DNA of 26,824 nucleotides from Fonticula alba ATCC 38817 (lineage: Eukaryota > Protista > Nucleariida): the NCBI GenBank assembly GCA_000388065.2, contig KB932206.1; one strand, 5' to 3'. The notes under the pieces were generated by a model. That model was not told the origin of the DNA and searched no databases. It saw nothing but the letters and a program-made list of their open reading frames with translations. Below, one piece after another: positions 23,501-26,824 of the stretch. The translations under genes and the position numbers were made by a program. Positions within the stretch are counted from its first letter, which is position 1. Every line of letters starts with the position of its first letter.

Positions 23501-25989
23501 TTACGTGCTTGCGGGCGGGTGGCGCACGGACTAATAGCCGTCCCCCCGTAGACATGTAAGGAGTCCCCTGCCTCGGGGGGTGGGACCAAGCGGGGAGGAG
23601 CGAGAGCTACAGCTGCCGGGGGGCGGGGGGAACAGAAACAATGCGCGAGCGGCGTGCCTCCGGGGAGCAGCGAAGCTCGAGCATTCGGGCGGTCCTGCCT
23701 GCATGCCCCCACCCAACTGATGGGTTTCGCCCTGGTCCCTCGGCCTCCGCCCCGGCCCCGACCGCCCCCCAGCGCCACCGCCGGCCAACGCAACCGGTGC
23801 CGGATTCGACCCATCGACTGGGAGGCGCATTGGCAACGGGGGGAGATGTTCATCCTCCGGACAGGGGCAAGGGGGAGAGAACAGGGGACGGCGGCCGTTC
23901 CGGGAGCGGGGCGAGCGGGCCTCGGGGGATCGCCCCATCCGACCAGCATCCGGGAAAGGTGTCGCCCTCCGGGAGGGAGAGCCGGGGGAGGGACGAGGGG
24001 GGGGGGGTGCGGGGAGCAGCTCGACACTCGGCCCTCAGACTGGGGCTGTAAATATTTGCCGATGCACCCCCCGCCACCATCCCACGCCCCAGGCGCCGGG
24101 GGGGGGGGGGGGGGGGGGCGGGACCAGCGAGTGGCGCCGCCGGAATTGACAGGTCCCCCGGCCCGGGGGGAGGGGGGCGAGAGGCAACCAGGGTACATGA
24201 TGTGTGGGCGGGTCCACTTGGACAGGCCCGGCGTGTTGGTGCCCTCTTGGCGCGGCGATGAGTCAGCGCTTGGTGGTCCCAGGGCAGCGACGGGCGGCGG
24301 CTCTGGGCACGCAGCACGCCTCTCGGCAACCGAACAGCCCCCTTGGCAGGGGAGTCCTGCGGGGGCGGGGGCGGCGAGGCGCCTCGGCCCTCGCGTCGAG
24401 GCATGACACCCCGAGGCCGAGATCCGAGGACAGGAAGCCCGTGCGGGCGGCCTCGGTGGCCGGCGGCCGGCGGCCCCGGATCGATGGCAAGGAACAGGGA
24501 ATAGGCATGTCCCGGCCGGGGGCGCAGGACCCGGGGGAGGGGCGGCCAAGAGGCCGGGGGGCTCCTCGCGCGGCCCAGGGCCCGGTCCCCCCCCCCCCCT
24601 TCACCATCGGCGCCCTCCTCCGCGCCGGCCCGGTGGGCACGCCGGCGTGCGTGACACACGCGCACACACACACACACACACATATATGCACACGCACAGG
24701 GGGACTCCACGGCGCATTCTTGCCGGAGGGGCCCCCGCAGCCTGGCGCCCGGTGACCTGACCGGGCGCGTCTTGGCACACACTGACAGGGGGGGCACCAA
24801 GCGGGAGGTTGCCAGCCGGTCGTGTTGGGAACGAGCGGCGCGCCCACGCCCCCGTGGGGCATCGCAAACGGCCGCCGGACACAACTAACACCCGCGCTGT
24901 GGGCAGCCAGGTGAAAGGGGTACATGTTCCTCCGCCCGCCGGCGCTCTTCGGCCGCCTCGTCTCCTGTCCACCCTGCCCCAGCCCCCCCCCCCCCCCCCC
25001 CCCTCATGGGCAAGGTACATTCAACCGCCGGGATGCGTGATGGGCCCGGGGGTGGGCCGGCGGGTGTGTTCGCACTCCGGACAAACAGACAAAATCCCGG
25101 GTCTGCCTGCAGCGGGGCTGGCGCGTGGGCGCGCCTCCGCTTGAGAGCGCCCGCCCTTCGCCGGGTGTTCTGGCCCCCCCCCCCCCCGCCCGTCCGCCCT
25201 GTGGCCCGGGCTTGTGTGTGTGTGTGTGTGGGCAAGGCCGCACGTCCACCCGCCGACGGATGGGAACGCGACGAGCACACATCGCGTCCCCTTGGGGCCT
25301 CGGGCCTCCCCTGAGAGAGCCGTCTTGGGGCCTCTCGTGGGGGGGGCGAGGACGGGCAGGGCGAAATATTCCGAGATGATCCGTCCGCGGCGCGCGCGCG
25401 CGCGCCCCTCGGCGGCCCACGGGGAAGAGGCTCTCGGTGTGGGCGGGGGAGATCAGGGAGCCGGGAATGGAAGGCCGGCCGGTGCTGTCACCGGGAGAGG
25501 ACACGAGAACGCCGGTTGATAATCACCACATCGCCAGGCTCCCTCGGCCCCGCCCGCGCTGGGGCCCCTCGGCCCGCATGCGCGGGCATGCCCATCTCTG
25601 TCGGCCACCGACCAAACAACACCCCGCCGCCAGGCGAGCTCATGCTCTCCGGTATGGCGCAGCCCCCGGCCGGTCGCTAGGGCATTCTGATTCGGCCGGC
25701 GGCCGGGGGGGAGGCACCGCGCTTCACGCACTGGCGCTCCCTCCGAAGCGGGCCACGATACGCAGTCGACCGGGGAGAAAGGGGATAACCGTCGGACCGG
25801 GGGCTCTGCGGGCCCTCGGCCTCGGCTGCATGCGCGTGCGCCCACCCGCGGAATAGCGCCTCGAGCCCCCGGAAAACGGGAATCGGGCCGGCACGGCCGC
25901 CCCGGCACGGGGCACCCCAGGGGCGCTCGAGGAGGCCGCTACTTTCCACCAACATGCACACATGTGGATTTAAGTAAAAAGACAACTAT

Positions 25990-26007
25990 ATTGGCCGAAT
26001 ATAAATA
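25990..26007 (+). promoter_or_regulatory. Possible core promoter: inverted CCAAT (ATTGG) followed by TATAAATA
   Basis: Consensus-like TATA at 26000-26007 within a rare AT-rich island; no transcript evidence. Confidence 0.3.
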
Positions 26008-26728
26008 AGCCAAGGGGCAGGGGAGCATGCTCACACGCATGCCCCGGGCTCGCGGTCCCGGGCCCGCGGGCCAAGACCGCGGGTTGGTGGTGCAATATCC
26101 CCAATGTGCAATGCAAGGGCCCGTGCGTGTGTGTGTGTGTGTGTGCTCTCGACGAATGTCCGCCCTGGTGTGCAGGCGCGAGGGGGGGGGGGCGGTCGGT
26201 GCCCGCACCCCGCACGAGGCCCCCCCCCCCCCCCGGTCTGCCCCGTTGGGTCGGCGGCCCCCCTGTTTCCGCGAAGCACCAGCCCCCGCCCTCCCCCCAC
26301 CCCGCCCCCGCCCCCGGCTCCCGCTCCCGCCCCCTTGTTGCCGGGAACAGGGGGAGTCCGATCGATGGCGATCATTGCGCCGGCCGCAGCCATCGGCGCG
26401 CTCGATGAATGGAAAATGGGGGGAGGCGCGCCTGGGAGGCGGGCGCCCCAAGGCCCGGCCGGGGGGGGGGGGGGCGTGGCGGCTCCCGCGCCTGGGCGCC
26501 GGTGTGCCCGGAGCAAGGCGACCTGCGCTCAATGGCCACCACCGAGGCCAAGGGAGGTTAGGTGTGCCTTTACCTCGGTGATGTTTGTTTGAGGAGACCG
26601 TAGCGTGCGGGCGGCCCTTGCGGGTGCTCACACCCAGGGGGGCGTGGTCTGCCAGCGGGGCGTTTCCCCGAACTGAGCAGATGGGAGGGGGCGCGTGTGC
26701 GCCCGCACGATTGCGTCTCTCGCTCCCG

Positions 26729-26824
26729 ATGTCTTGCTCTCCTCCGCCCTCTCCCGCTCTCCGTCTGGCGGTCTCTCGCCGCTCCCCTTGCCCGTTCATG
26801 TCGGCCTCCCCCGCCCCTCGCCCG
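26729..26824 (+). CDS. Possible 5' end of a gene running out of the window (ATG at 26729 or in-frame ATG at 26798)
   Basis: CT-rich tract resembling the leaders of the other genes here, and an open frame to the window edge. Too short to verify. Confidence 0.2.
   Translation, partial: MSCSPPPSPALRLAVSRRSPCPFMSASPAPRP

Noticed and set aside
22621-24549. 642-aa Pro/Gly/Arg-rich minus-strand ORF and other long ORFs in 20.5-26.8 kb and 13-16 kb
   Set aside because: Stop-poor GC-rich DNA with overlapping ORFs in all frames, homopolymer-encoded polyP/polyG, and no GC3 bias or domain motifs.

Overview
GC-rich eukaryotic genomic DNA from a draft assembly with three N gaps (2991-3000, 19471-19545, 20497-20506). 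It has short spliceosomal introns (about 90-220 nt, donors mostly GTGCGY/GTACGY), many G/C homopolymers and many microsatellites. The style suggests a unicellular opisthokont such as Fonticula, but that is an impression I cannot verify. Left to right: the 3' part of an unknown low-complexity protein gene (+); tRNA-Lys(UUU) (-); an apparently exact 1776-bp direct duplication across a 10-N gap, most likely an assembly artefact; mitochondrial ribosomal protein bL27m (-, 4 exons) head-to-head with a zinc-finger arginine methyltransferase PRMT3 (+, 10 exons); a GTP-dependent PEP carboxykinase (-) with a bacterial-looking sequence and an intron-free catalytic region; about 3 kb of non-coding DNA; an unknown protein of about 670 aa (-) head-to-head with an unknown single-TM protein of 171 aa (+) whose intron holds a long (CTG)n tract; and about 6.7 kb with no convincing gene. 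No CRISPR array, transposase or prokaryotic operon is supported. I found no clearly new multi-gene system. The best leads are the possibly horizontally acquired PEPCK and the two orphan proteins.
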